Assembly: GCA_951406725.2 (NCBI GenBank) | Contig: OX597819.1 | Span: 31,744,001 to 31,808,000 of the forward strand | Source of the DNA: Octopus vulgaris | Lineage: Eukaryota | DNA length: 64,000 bases | Direction: 5' to 3' | In this document: positions 1 through 12,058 of the stretch, in pieces | How the letters are laid out: every line of letters starts with the position of its first letter | Position numbering within the stretch: position 1 is the stretch's first letter | The notes under the pieces: model-generated | Told to the model about the DNA's origin: nothing | The model's database searches: none | The model's input: only the letters and a program-made list of their open reading frames with translations | Made by a program: the position numbers and the translations under genes

Positions 1-63
1 ATGTCTTTACGCACATACACACACGCGCATTCATATCTATTTGTATGTATATCAAAGCTGGTA

Positions 64-362
64 GGCGGCGAGCTGGCAGACACGTTAGCGCGCCGGGCGA
101 AATGCTTAGCGGTATTTCGTCTGCGTTACGTTGTGAGTTCAAATTCCGCCGAGGTCGACTTTGCCTTTCAGCCTTTCGGGATCGATAAATTAAGTACCAG
201 TTACGCACTGGGGTCCACCGAGGTCGACTTTGCCTTTCATCCTTTCGGGGTCGATAAATTAAGTACCAGTTACGCACTGGGGTCGATGTAATCGACTTAA
301 TACCTATGTCTGTCATTGTTTGTCCCCTCTATGTTTAGCCCCTTGTGGGTAGTAAAGAAATA
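64..362 (+). mobile_element. SINE family A (tRNA-derived head, Meta-like central domain), full length with ~68 bp internal duplication
   Basis: A-box-like TGGCAGACACGTTAG, B-box GAGTTCAAATTCC, central GGTCGACTTTGCCTTTCATCCTTTCGGGGTCGATAAATTAAGTACC and tail ...GCCCCTTGTGGGTAGTAAAGAAATA. Segment 149-216 recurs at 218-285. Many copies in the window. Confidence 0.9.
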
Positions 363-770
363 TGTATGAATACCAATCGACACACACAAACACAGACTGC
401 ATACACGCAAAAATAGCCCCCAAACATTCAAAATAAAAGGAAAGATCATAGTTCCACCCCCACACACACAAAATGATAATAATATCGGCAGCAGGTGGAT
501 ATCAATGAAAAGGTAAACGGGTTTGTTGTTCAGCTCCCTCGTGCCTTTACTCAGGTTCGTTCATTAGGGGTCGTGGAGAGTAGAGAGGGAGAGCAGAATT
601 GACAAGCGTGCAAACGCTGGCAGCACGTCTTAGGCTAAGTTCTACACACAGGTAGGTATCACACGACACCCCAACTCCACCATTCCTTTCTTTTATATCT
701 ATCTATCTATCTGTCAATTTGTCTGTCCCGTCTGTGTGCAGCCCTGTGTGGCTAATAAAGAAACATATCT

Positions 771-1114
771 GTGGCTGTGTGGTAAGTAGCTTGCTAACCA
801 ACCACATGGTTCCGGGTTCAGTCCCACTGCGTGGCACCTTGGGCCGACCAATGCCTTGTGAGTGGATTTGGTAGACGGAAACTGAAAGAAGCCTGTCGTA
901 TATATGTATCTATATATGTATGTGTTTGTCTCCCTAGCATTGCTTGACAACCGATGCTGGTGTGTTTACGTCCCCGTCACTTAGCGTTTCGGCAAAAGAG
1001 AGACCGATAGAATAAGTACTGGGCTTGCAAAAGAATAAGTCCCGGGGTCGATTTGCTCGACTAAAGGCGGTGCTCCAGCATGGCCGCAGTCAAATGACTG
1101 AAACAAGTAAAAAG
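771..1114 (+). mobile_element. SINE family B (tRNA-derived, CORE-like segment, internal TA/TG microsatellite)
   Basis: GTGGCTGTGTGGTAAGTAGC...GGGTTCAGTCCC head and 3' GGCGGTGCTCCAGCATGGCCGCAGTCAAATGACTGAAACAAGTAAAA. Carries small internal deletions relative to other copies. Confidence 0.9.
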
Positions 1115-1555
1115 AAAAAAAAAGAATTTATCTATCTATCATACACCACACACTTTCACTCTCACACAAAACAAGCCTCGCTGCCTGCCTTATTTAGACA
1201 CAAAAAAAGCGTGGAAGAAGAAGAAAAGAGCCAGTTTAAGAAAGCTCCTGCTGAGGCCAGTGATCGTCTCATATGTACGACTGACTGACTGACTGGCCTA
1301 CTTGATTGGGAGTAAGAGGTTCAGCTGAGTGATATGACATGACACTGTAAAGATAGTAAGTTTCGTTGCTGTGGCGAGGTCAGATAAGTGTAATCAGCTG
1401 ACGGTTTAAAATAATTAGCGTTAAACAGAGTATGAACCGGGGTTGGGGGTGGGGTGGGGGTTAAAGACACTGTCCTTGTCACTGTATTGTTGTAGTAGTT
1501 GTTGTTAGTGGTGTTGGTGGTTGAAATAGCAACGATCGTGGATATTGTTGTTCGT

Positions 1556-1801
1556 GCTATTGTGAGTGGCTGTAGCACAGGCTGAGCTAGTTAGTGGTCG
1601 TAGGTGGGTGGTTATTGTTACTGGTTGGTGTTGTTTGTGTTAGTTGTAGCTATGTCGATGATAGTGGCTAATAACTACAGCAGCAATAGCCACTATCATC
1701 GACATAGCTACAACTAACACAAACAACACCAACCAGTAACAATAACCACCCACCTACGACCACTAACTAGCTCAGCCTGTGCCACAGCCACTCACAATAG
1801 C
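1556..1801. repeat. 115-bp inverted duplication with 16-bp spacer
   Basis: 1556-1670 is the reverse complement of 1687-1801 with one mismatch. Confidence 0.95.
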
Positions 1802-1946
1802 CGAGGTCGACTTTGCCTTTCATCCTTTCGGGGTCGATAAATTAAGTACCGGTTACGCACTGGGGTCAATGTAATCGACTTAATCCGTTTGTCTGTCCTT
1901 GTTTGTCCCCTCTGTGTTTAGCCCCTTGTGGGTAGTAAAGAAATAG
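1801..1946 (+). mobile_element. SINE family A, 5'-truncated
   Basis: Starts at CCGAGGTCGAC and ends GTAAAGAAATAG. Confidence 0.9.
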
Positions 1947-2554
1947 ATCGTGGATATTGTTGTTCGTGCTATTGTGAGTGTGTTAGTTGTAGCTATGTCG
2001 ATGATAGTGGCTATTGCTGCTGTAGTTATTGTTAGTGACAAGTAGTAGATGTAATGACTGAGATAGCAGCTCTTGTTCGTGTTGTGCTAGGTGGTGGTGC
2101 TGGTGGTGGTAGTGATGGTAGATGGAATAGTAAGAGATAGTCGCTATTGTTATGTAAATCCAGGGAAGATTGTTAAGTGTCAGTAAGTTCAGTTTGCTGC
2201 GAAGAATAAGTAGAAAACTAGAAAGAAAAAAAAAGAAAGAAAAGAAACAATGAAAAAAAAGAAAAGAAAACAGCCGCAAAAATCTCTCAAAAGACTTGTA
2301 GCTTCAAGGTCAGCTTTGATTGAATAGATGCCTACAACAGAATATAATTTTACAGAGAGTTAGCTCTTATTTCTAGCAGATCAGACGACTACATGGAGCA
2401 GTGGTTCCTAAAAACATAGGAACACCAAAGTACTTTTAAATGTGTCGCAAAAATAAAATTATCGTCTTAAAAAATTTGAAAATTACAAACAGAAATTCTA
2501 GTTTAATAAAGAGGTTTCATAAAGAACAAAGAGGTAATAAGCTAGGAGGTTAGT

Positions 2555-2840
2555 CTAGCTACCGACCAATACCTCGTAAGTGAATGTGGTAGACGGAAAC
2601 TGTGTGGAAGCTGGTCGTATATGTGTACTTGTGTGTATATGTGCATATATTTGTCCCTTCCTTCACTGTATGACGACCGATGTTGGCTTCTTTACGTGTA
2701 ACTTAGCGGTTCGGAAAAAGGACCTTATATAATAAGTACCAGCATTATAAAAGAAAAAGTACTAGGGACGGTTTTTTCGACTAAAAGGCCCTACATGGTG
2801 GTGCCCCAGGACGGCTGCAGTCCAATGACTGAAACAAGTG
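2555..2840 (+). mobile_element. Degenerate older SINE family B copy
   Basis: GGTAGACGGAAACTG, TAACTTAGCGGTTCGG, AATAAGTACC and GCAGTCCAATGACTGAAACAAG blocks in family B order. Confidence 0.7.
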
Positions 2841-3182
2841 ATGAATAACAATAAAGAAACAAACAAACATTTTATTTACTCTGAAACGTGTCGGGGCAAA
2901 AGCGGTTCCATTATGGGCCTTAGACAATGATTGCTCTGGTTTAGTCCCAGGCCAGATTTAATCTCGAAGACATAGCACCAAAGACATCCCAACCATAACC
3001 ATCCTGTCGTTTAGTTCTGGCTGTTATCCATAGTATTCGTGAAATCAACAGGGTGAAATCTGAGAGGTGACATACCTGCTACCTCCTGCAAATCGAGCGA
3101 CCACGTAGACGCTCCCGCAACTGGCTTTGTCCAGGTCTTTGACCCCTTTATGACACAACAAACGGTTGAACTGACTGGTGGT

Positions 3183-3333
3183 CCGCCGAGGTCGACTTTG
3201 CCTTTCATCCTTTCGGGGTCGATAAATTAAGTACCAGTTACGCACTGGGGTCGATATAATCGACTTAATACCTATGTCTGTCCTTGTTTGTCCCCTCTGT
3301 GTTTAGCCCCTTGTGGGTAATAAAGAAATAGGT
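3183..3333 (+). mobile_element. SINE family A, 5'-truncated
   Basis: CCGCCGAGGTCGAC ... GGGTAATAAAGAAATAGGT. Confidence 0.9.
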
Positions 3334-3882
3334 AATGATAGTGGTATGGCTCTAGTAGTGTGATGGTGATGGTAGAAGTGGTGTTGGCAGCATGGTGTAG
3401 TGGTAGGAGGCGTGTTAGCATTGTAGCGACGGTGGTAACGGTAGCAGCGATACTGATGGTATGGTAGTGGTAACGTTGTTATTATTAGTGGTGGTTCTGG
3501 TTGGTGGTCGTGTTGTTTGGAAGCAAAACGGTTTTTTAAGCATATAATTTCTCAGAATACTTTTGAAACGTGATAAAAGAGCCGAACTTCTAGAGTCTAA
3601 CATAGAACAAAATTATTCCCCCGTGCACAATTAATTGATGGCTAAACAAATACTTAACTGTCAATATAACTGATAGCTAAATGAATATTTTAACCATGTT
3701 GATGGTTAACAAAACATTTAGCTTAGACGTCAATATGACTGATGGCTAAATGTTCTTCTAGAAACGCTTTTGATTTCTCTTTGTACTAATATGTCCGTTA
3801 AATGTGATAACATTATAGAGTCAGCTGTAATGTACTGACTGACCACAGTCCAAAATAAAGCCGACACATTGTATTATAATAA

Positions 3883-4445
3883 CACACTGTAATGCTGCAA
3901 TAACACTACTGTACGGTAATGATACTATAACACTCTACAGTAATAACACACCGTGATAACACAATACGGTACAATGATATACCATTGTACATTAAATACA
4001 CATTGTACGGTAATGAAAAAATGATACTGCACTGGAATGACGCTACAGACATTAGTAATGACACTGACACTATAACACTGTACAGTAATGAACCATTGGA
4101 ATAACATTAGTAATAACATTATATAACACGCTACATTATATATCACAATGTACAGTAATGACACTGTAGTGATACGATACCATAACACTGTAAACAACAC
4201 TGTACGGTAATGACACACTGTAATGATATAACACTGTAAAGTAATAACACTGTGATGACAATGACGCTATAACATTGTACAATAAAGACATTGTAGTGAC
4301 ACTATAACACCGTAATGACACACTAGAATAACACTGTAACATTGCGCAGTAATGACGCACTGGAATGACACTATAACATTGTACGGTAATGACACACCAG
4401 AGTGATACTAACATTGTACGGTAATGACGTCCTGGAATGACATTA
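3883..4445. repeat. Degenerate minisatellite (ACACTGTAATGACACTATA-like units)
   Basis: Recurrent ACACTGTA / GTAATGACAC / TATAAC motifs over ~560 bp. Confidence 0.8.
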
Positions 4446-4555
4446 AAATTGCTCAGAAACACATTTAGTTGGTGATTGTAGATGTTCTTCAGTCTCAACT
4501 GCAAGATATTTGATCAAAAGCAAAATTCATTTGTTTCTCTTTTACTACACAGTGT

Positions 4556-4939
4556 TGGAGGTGCAATGGCCCAGTGGTTAGGGAAGCAGACTCGCGGTCA
4601 TAGGATCGCGGTTTCGATTCCCAGACCGGGCGTTGTGAGTGTTTATTGAGCGAAAACACCTAAAAGTTCCACGAGGCTTCGGCAGGGGATGGTGGTGATC
4701 CCTGCTGTACTCTTTCACCACAACTTTCTCTCACTCTTACTTCCTGTTTCTGTTGTACCTGTATTTCAAGGGGCCGGCCTTGTCACTCTCTGTGTCACGC
4801 TGAATATCCCCGAGAACTATGTTAAGGGTGCACGTGTCTGTGGAGTGCTCAGCCACTTACACGTTAATTTCACGAGCAGGCTGTTCCGTTGATTCGGATC
4901 AACCGGAACCCTCATCGTCGTAACCGACGGAGTGCTTCC
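4556..4939 (+). mobile_element. SINE family C (tRNA-derived), full length
   Basis: Head TGGCCCAGTGGTTAGG...GGTTTCGATTCCC and end GTAACCGACGGAGTGCTTCC. 12-bp TSD ACTACACAGTGT at 4544-4555 and 4940-4951. Confidence 0.92.
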
Positions 4940-4962
4940 ACTACACAGTGTATCTAGGACCA

Positions 4963-5003
<41 letters not shown>

Positions 5004-5012
5004 AAGGACTCA

Positions 5013-5061
<49 letters not shown>

Positions 5062-5264
5062 GAGTTCTTCTTTTTCGAAAGACAGTACTTTGTGATATAA
5101 GAAAGATCTAGTTGCTATTTCTAGCAGATCGAGTGATAACGTGAAGTCGCTATAGTTGACTGGTGGTGCAAAGACTATTTTACTCTCGTCTCCCGAAACT
5201 AAACTTAAAAAGCATTAAGAAAACATCGCCTATGAGAGGCCAAATCACAGAAAACAGAGAGAGG

Positions 5265-5310
<46 letters not shown>

Positions 5311-5483
5311 GATTGTCGTTTTGATAACGGCCCCTGTCTAAGATTGTATTGTTGCTGTGGTTATTATTGTTTGGCCCTATTTGACTGTTGTAAACACAGG
5401 AGCAATGATGTCTCTTCACAGCTGATCCACCCAGCCAACTAATTAGTTACAGAATCCATTACGACACACCACCACCATTGCAA

Positions 5484-5850
5484 AACTACTACTACTACTA
5501 CAATAATATTCGACCACCACCACCACTACTACTACTACTACAATATTCAACCACCACCACTACTACTACTACTACTACAATATTCAACCACCACTACTAC
5601 TACAATATTCAACCACCACCACCACTACCACTACTACTACAATATTCAACCACCACCACTACTACTACTACTACTACAATATTCGACCACCACCAACCCT
5701 ACTACTACAATATTCAACCACCACTACTACTACTACAATATTCAACCACCACCACCCCTACTACTACTACAATATTCGACCACCGCCACCACTACAATAT
5801 TCGACCACCACCACCACCACTACTACTACTACAATAATATTCCACTACTA
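5484..5850. repeat. Minisatellite CAATATTC(A/G)ACCACCACC(ACT)n
   Basis: About ten variable-length units anchored on CAATATTC. Confidence 0.85.
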
Positions 5851-6474
5851 CTGCTGTTTTCAAACAATACAGCAACTACCACCATTAACAAAACTTAACA
5901 CTACCATGAAAAGCTAATTTGAATAATTCGTAACATACCAAATGCCCTTCCCCATCCCCACTCCGAACACACACACACACACACACACACACTATCTCTC
6001 CCCCCCACTTCCTCATGCATGCATGCACATGCTCGTACAGTTAGAAACATGTTGGATATGACACAATTCCAATGCCTCATAGTCAGCATCTCAGACATGC
6101 CTTTACACAACACATACACACATAACAAAAGCAGGTAACATCCATACACACACACACACCATTCACAAGCATGCGCATAGCAGACACACAACGCAAAGAC
6201 ATGCAGACATACACACAACACATACAAACAACACACAAAACACAAAAACAACATAAAACGCACACGCATACACAGTACACAGATATAATACAAACACACA
6301 CGCAACACAAATGCACACATAACATACTCTCGCGTACACACATACAAGACACACACACACGCACCACAACACACTCGCATACACTCAAAATATACACACA
6401 CAATACATTTATATACACAAACACGCACACACTACATTTATATACACAATCAACATACACGCATACACATACAC

Positions 6475-6705
6475 ATTCCTTTACCACCCACAAGGGGCTA
6501 AACACAGAGGGGACAAACAAGGACAGACAAACGGATTAAGTTGATTACATTGACCCCAGTGCGTAACTGGTACTTTATTTAATCGACCCCGAAAGGATGA
6601 AAGGCAAAGTCGACCTTGGCGGAATTTGAACTCAGAACGTAACGGCAGACGAAATACGGCTACGCATTTCGCCCGGCGGGCTAACGTTTCTGCCAGCTCG
6701 CCGCC
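6475..6705 (-). mobile_element. SINE family A, full length
   Basis: Reverse complement of family A, with the head reading ...TGCCAGCTCGCCGCC on plus. Confidence 0.9.
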
Positions 6706-7293
6706 TTACGCATACACATACACACAATACAACGCACGCACAAAACACACATACAAACAGTACAATACATGCACGTACACACCCAACACACACACACAAC
6801 GCACTCGCATACACACACACAATACATTCACATACACAATCAACATACACATACCACACACATACACAACACACTCGCAAACACGTACAACACACACCAT
6901 ACAATAGACACCATACCCATGCACACAACACACCCCCTCAACACACAACAACAACACGTGAAATACTTGTTCACTGCAGCATAACATTAGTTCATTCCAC
7001 GAGTCCCTCTCTGACGTTCCTGTACTCCACCCAACCCCGATGATGGAATCTAACCTGCTGCAAACTTAACAGGCAGGGGTAGCACCTAGTCATCGTTATC
7101 ATCACCCCCACCACCACTATCTCCATCATTATCATCATTCCAATCCTCATCAGCAACATCATTATTACAAGCAGCAGCTGCAGTAGCAGCAGCACCACCA
7201 CCACCATCACCGCCACTATCATTATCGTCATCGTCGTTCACAAACTCAGACATTACTCTACATTAAGTAATTTTACTGTCCATCGCTCTATGA

Positions 7294-7560
7294 TTGTTGT
7301 TGCTGTTGCTGTTGAGCGAACGGTCTTCGTCCCAGAGCTCGCAAGATCGGAGAAGTCCGAAACGTTGGTCCTTTGCTATATTCGTAAGACCCGCAGAAGA
7401 GAAAGCAGGTCAACCCCCGACACCGAGAGCATCGACGGATGGATGATTGCGCATCCAGGCTCAACGGTTGCGTAGGAAGTCGGGGGACAAGAAACAGGAA
7501 GAAGGAGTGAGAGAAAGTTGGGGCGAAAGAGTACAACAGGGGTCGCCACCCACCCCCTGC
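7294..7560 (-). mobile_element. SINE family D (family C body, different 3' tail), 5'-truncated
   Basis: Reverse complement shares CTG(C/T)TGTACTCTTTC...CAACTTTCTCTCACTC...CTTCCTGTTTCT with family C, then has a distinct tail ending in (CAA/CAG)n. Confidence 0.8.
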
Positions 7561-8009
7561 TGTTGCCGTTTCCCTTCCTTCTCACACAACACACGCATAC
7601 ACAGGCATGCGCGCGCACACACGCACACACACAAACACACACTTAGCACAAAACTGAAATTAGGCACTGGAGTTAATTGTGGTTCAACTAAGATTTTAAA
7701 ATCTGTTGAAGACAGTGCTCCAGCATGGTCGCATGTCCAATGACTAAAGCCAGTAAAACAATGAGTCTAGCGTTTTGAGCTTTACGTAAGTCACCGAATG
7801 ATAGACAGCTACCATCATCATCGCCCTCACTACAACCGACGTCTTCATCACCCTTACCATCACCGTCATCAACGCCATCACCATCACCACCACTGTTATT
7901 ATAACCCTAACTTCTAGGGTCGTCATCACTAGTCCCTACTATCATCGCCTAGCCGTCGCCACCGTCTCTTCATATAAATCACAAATTCGTGGAGAGAAAG
8001 AGAGAGAGA

Positions 8010-8046
<37 letters not shown>

Positions 8047-8412
8047 TGAGAGGAGAGAAAAATATTAAAAAAAAATTTTTTATTAACAAGCCAAAGATGA
8101 AACTAAGTTCTTTCCTCAGCAATTACGTCACTTAAGCCCTCCGCATCCCACCCTTTCTGGGTGGGGGTTGGGGTGTCAGATGAGTTTTGAAATTAAATCC
8201 ATACACCTCAACTGATTCCGTCAATTAATGTGATTTTTATTATCGTTGTAATACCCCAATGTAAACAGTACCACAGTAACTATAAAACAAGAAAAAAACC
8301 AAAATCAAAAAAAAAAAAAAGTTTGTGAGTCAGGAAAGCGAAGTTAGACATCCTACTTACCCTCGCCCAAACACCACCACCGCCGCCACCACCAATACAA
8401 ACCATCATTGTT

Positions 8413-9050
8413 GTACTCTTTCGCCCCCAACTTTCTCTCACTCCTTCTTCCTGTTTCTTGTCCCCGACTTCCTACGCAACCGCTGAGCCTGGATGCGCAT
8501 TCATCCATCCGTCGATGCTCTCGGTGTCGGGAGTTGACCTGCTTTCTCTTCTGCGGGTCTTACGAATATAGCAAAGGACCAACGTTTCGGACTTCTCCCT
8601 CTGGGACGAAGCCGTTCGTTCGCTCAACAGCAACAACATATTGAGCGAAAACACCTAAAAGATCTTGCTGTTGAGCTCTGGGACGAAGATCCGTCGATGC
8701 TCCGTTCGGGGGTTTGACCTGCTTTCTCTTCTGCGGGTCTTACGAATAGCAACAACGTTTCGGACTTCTCCCATCTTGCGAGCTCTGGGAAAAGCAACAA
8801 CAATACAAACCATCATTGTTATCATTACCAGTAACATCTTCATAAACACAAACGTGGTTTTGAATTAGTCCTTTCACCACTGTTAATGTTATTAGAATAC
8901 TGTCGATGCTCTCGGTGTCGGGGGTTTGACCTGCTTTCTCTTTCTGCGGGTCTTACGAATAGCAAAGGACCAACGTTTCGGACTTCTCCCATCTTGTGAG
9001 CTCTGGGACGAAGACTGTTCGCTCAACAACAATACAAAACCATCATTGTT
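8413..9050 (+). mobile_element. SINE family D, 5'-truncated, with scrambled partial re-duplications of its 3' end
   Basis: 20-bp TSD CAATACAAACCATCATTGTT at 8393-8412 and 8801-8820. Tail fragments repeat at ~8690-8790 and ~8902-9030, and the flank repeats at 9030-9136. Confidence 0.75.
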
Positions 9051-9140
9051 ATCATTACCAGTAGCATCTTCATGTTTACACAAACGTGGTTTTGAATAAA
9101 GTCCTTTCACCACTGTTAATGTTATTGGAATACTGTAGCC

Positions 9141-9487
9141 CAGTGGTTCTCTGCCATTTTTTTTTTTTATCTATGACCCCCTTTGATTACTATTTTATTC
9201 TGGTGGGTCCCCATTGCCATTAAATGTTGAAAAACTAGTTTTATAGAAACTTCTTCCAAACTCCCTATTGTGTTTCTCATCCTTTCACTTGTGTAGATTG
9301 AACTATGTTAGTGAAAGAAACCCAGCTGTTTCTTGCAATACATACCAATACATACATCTAAAGCAAAATTTTTTCAGGACCTTTGAAATACTATTGTGGG
9401 TCCCCAATTCACTATTTTGTTGCGTGGACTCCCCAAAATCTTATATGGACCCTCAGGAACTATATGGATGCTGTCAGAGAACCACTG
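9141..9487. mobile_element. hAT (Charlie-like) MITE
   Basis: TIR CAGTGGTTCTC...GAGAACCACTG. Body is the reverse complement of 13968-14333. Near-TSD CTGTAGCC / CGTAGCC. Confidence 0.8.
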
Positions 9488-9670
9488 CGTAGCCCATTCA
9501 CCACTCGTCTGCCTGCCTGTTTGTCAATCATATGACATAAGACATTGTAGAATTATATCCCGTTATCCAATGTATAATGGCCAGGCTGATAACTGATTAA
9601 GGGCCAGGCTTATAACTGATTAAGTCATCAGTCTGACCCTTATAAGTGGATAATGTTGTTGTTTGTTGCT

Positions 9671-9850
9671 GTTAGCGGCATTTTCATCCGTCTTCATGTT
9701 TTGAGTTCAAATTCCGCAGAGGTTGACTTTGCCTTTCATCCTTTCGAGGTCGATAAACTAAAGAAACAGTCGAGTACTGGGGTCGTCGATGTAATCGATT
9801 CAACTCCTCCCCGGAAATTACTGGTATTGTGTGCGAAAACTTGAAATCAA
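9671..9850 (+). mobile_element. Degenerate SINE family A (older subfamily)
   Basis: GAGTTCAAATTCCGCAGAGGTTGACTTTGCCTTTCATCCTTTCGAGGTCGATAAA. Confidence 0.75.
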
Positions 9851-10001
9851 TATTGTTGTCGTTGTTGTTGAACTTCAGATCAAGTTCTGATTAAAAGGCA
9901 TTCCAACACTGGTCCATTATAAGATCTCTTATTTTTATAAACAATGTTTATCTAGAACAGTGCTTCTCAATCATTCTTGTCTAGGGACCTCTTTGATTCT
10001 T

Positions 10002-10411
10002 GTGGCTGTGTGGTAAGTAGCTTGTCTACCAGCCACATGGTTCCGGGTTCAGTCCCACTGCGTGGCACCTTGGGCAAGTGTCTTCTACTATAGCCTCGGG
10101 CCGACCAAAGCCTTGTGAGTGGATTTGGTAGACGGAAACTGAAAGAAGCCTGTCGTATATATGTATATATATATATATGCGTGGGTGTGTTTGTGTGTCT
10201 GTGTTTGTCCCCCTAGCATTGCTTGACAACCGATGCTGGTGTGATTATGTCCCCGTTACTTAGCGGTTGGGCAAAAGAGACCGATAGAATAAGTACTGGG
10301 CTTACAAAAGAATAAGTCCCGGGGTCGAGTTGCTCGATTAAAGGCGGTGCTCCAGCATGGCCGCAGTCAAATGACTGAAACAAGTAAAAGAGTAAAAGAG
10401 TAAAGAGAGTA
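10002..10411 (+). mobile_element. SINE family B, near full length
   Basis: Close match to the other young B copies, with tail (GTAAAAGA)n. Confidence 0.92.
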
Positions 10412-10486
10412 CTGGACCTCCCCACCTCATAACCATTTGATGTTTTAAAATAAAATTAAATATCAGTAGGAATGGTATATTTTATC

Positions 10487-10880
10487 TTTTACCTGTTTCA
10501 GTCTGCGACCGTGCTGGGGCACTCACTGCCTTGAAGAACTTTTAGTTGAATGAATCAACGCCCGTACTTAATATTTTGTTTCTTGTGAAGCCTAGTACTT
10601 ATTCTATCAATCGCTTTTCGCGAACTGCTAAGTTACAGGAACATAAACATACCAACACCGGTTGCAAGCACGCGTGGGGTGCGCTTGCTTGCACACACAC
10701 ACACACACATACATACACATGACAGGTTTCTTTCAGTTTAGGTCTACCAAATCCACTCACAAGACTTTGGCCGGGTCAATGTTATACTAAAAAAAAGATA
10801 CTTGCCCAAGGTGCTACGCAGTAAGACTGAACCCGGAACCATGTGGTTGGGAAGCATGTTCCTTACCACACAGCCACGCC
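10487..10880 (-). mobile_element. SINE family B, older diverged copy
   Basis: Reverse-complement blocks TGTTTCAGTC, TAGTACTTATTCTATC, TCTACCAAATCCACTCACAAG, CTTACCACACAGCCACGCC. Confidence 0.8.
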
Positions 10881-11410
10881 TAAAATATAAGTATTGCAGA
10901 AGTACAACCAATTAGCAACAAAATTTTATATAGACCCCAAAGGGGGTCATATGAACCCCGGTTGAGAACCACTGATCTAGAGTCACATTATCCAAAGTGC
11001 CCTTTTGTGACAATGAGGTTTGTATCACATGTGACTTGTTCTGTGTATCACACGTAACACGCAAAACATGTTTCCCTAGTGTCTATGCATTATGTATGAT
11101 ACACATTCCTGACTTTTTTTTCAAACTATTAAAGTAACTTTATATCACTCGGAGCATATCAAAGGGTTAACTAAATCTAAAAAACAAGCATGGGCATTGA
11201 GAACAAACTTATGAAAAATATTTTGGACGAGTAAAGGGTTAACGTCTATACAGAAGTTACCTTGTGGTTTTAACGGCTGATGGAAGGAGTTTAAGAAACA
11301 ATGGGGTCGATGTAATAGACAAGTTCCCTCCACAAGAAACAATGGGGTCGATGTAATAGACAAGTTCCCTCCACGCAAATTTTAGTCCTTGTGCCTTTAG
11401 TACAAAAGAT

Positions 11411-11778
11411 TGCAATGGCCCAGTGGTTAGGTCATAGGATCGCGGTTTCGATTCCCAGACCGGGCGTTGGGAGTGTTTATTGAGCGAAAACACCTAAAAG
11501 CTCCACGTGGCTCCGGCAGGGGATGGTAGTGATCCCTGCTGTACTCTTTCACCACAACTTTCTCTCACTCTTACTTCCTGTTTCTGCTGTACCTGTATTT
11601 CAAGGGGCCGGCCTTGTCACTCTCTGTGTCACGCTGAATATCCCCGAGAACTACGTTAAGGGTACACGTGTCTGTGGAGTGCTCAGCCACTTACACGTTA
11701 ATTTCACGAGCAGGCTGTTCCGTTGATTCGGATCAACCGGAACCTTCATCGTCGTAACCGACGGAGTGCTTCCATCCA
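11411..11778 (+). mobile_element. SINE family C
   Basis: Near-identical to 4556-4939 with a short deletion in the head. Confidence 0.9.
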
Positions 11779-12058
11779 TTATCATTTATCACGAATACTG
11801 AACAATAATATTTAAACGACCATACGGTTAACTGACGTTTCTTCTAGATGTCTCTGAACCAATTGTTTTTGTAGATAGAAGCATGAGAAATACACATACA
11901 ATGGTGAGTGGTCAATATAACATGAAGTATATCAAATCAATCTCTTTTATTTCTTTGTGTATGGAGAGAATAAGATGTTTTTACATCTGTTCAAAATTTC
12001 ACAGCGAAAGGCATAAATTTTCATTCATTCCCCCCCCCCCCCCATTAGAGACTTGTAA

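Larger units (their letters stand above)
9958..10974. mobile_element. hAT MITE hosting two nested family B SINEs
   Basis: Ends CAGTGCTTCTCAA...GGTTGAGAACCACTG. Flanks ATCTAGAA / ATCTAGAG give an 8-bp TSD (7/8 match) of the Charlie-type NTCTAGAN target. Confidence 0.75.

Noticed and set aside
64-150. HDV-like ribozyme or true tRNA gene in the family A head
   Set aside because: A P4-like hairpin exists, but there is no P3/L3 or J4/2 C-x-A-A element. The A/B boxes and many copies fit a tRNA-derived SINE head.
4689-4892. Recurring ORF MVVIPAVLFHHNF... (also 11523 and 60325)
   Set aside because: Lies within SINE family C; recurrence reflects repeat copies, not protein conservation.
5001-5072. 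Short inverted repeat around (TA)n (AGGAAGGACTCAT / ATGAGTTCTTCTT)
   Set aside because: Only 11/13 match; likely a local fold-back slip or assembly noise in a TA tract.
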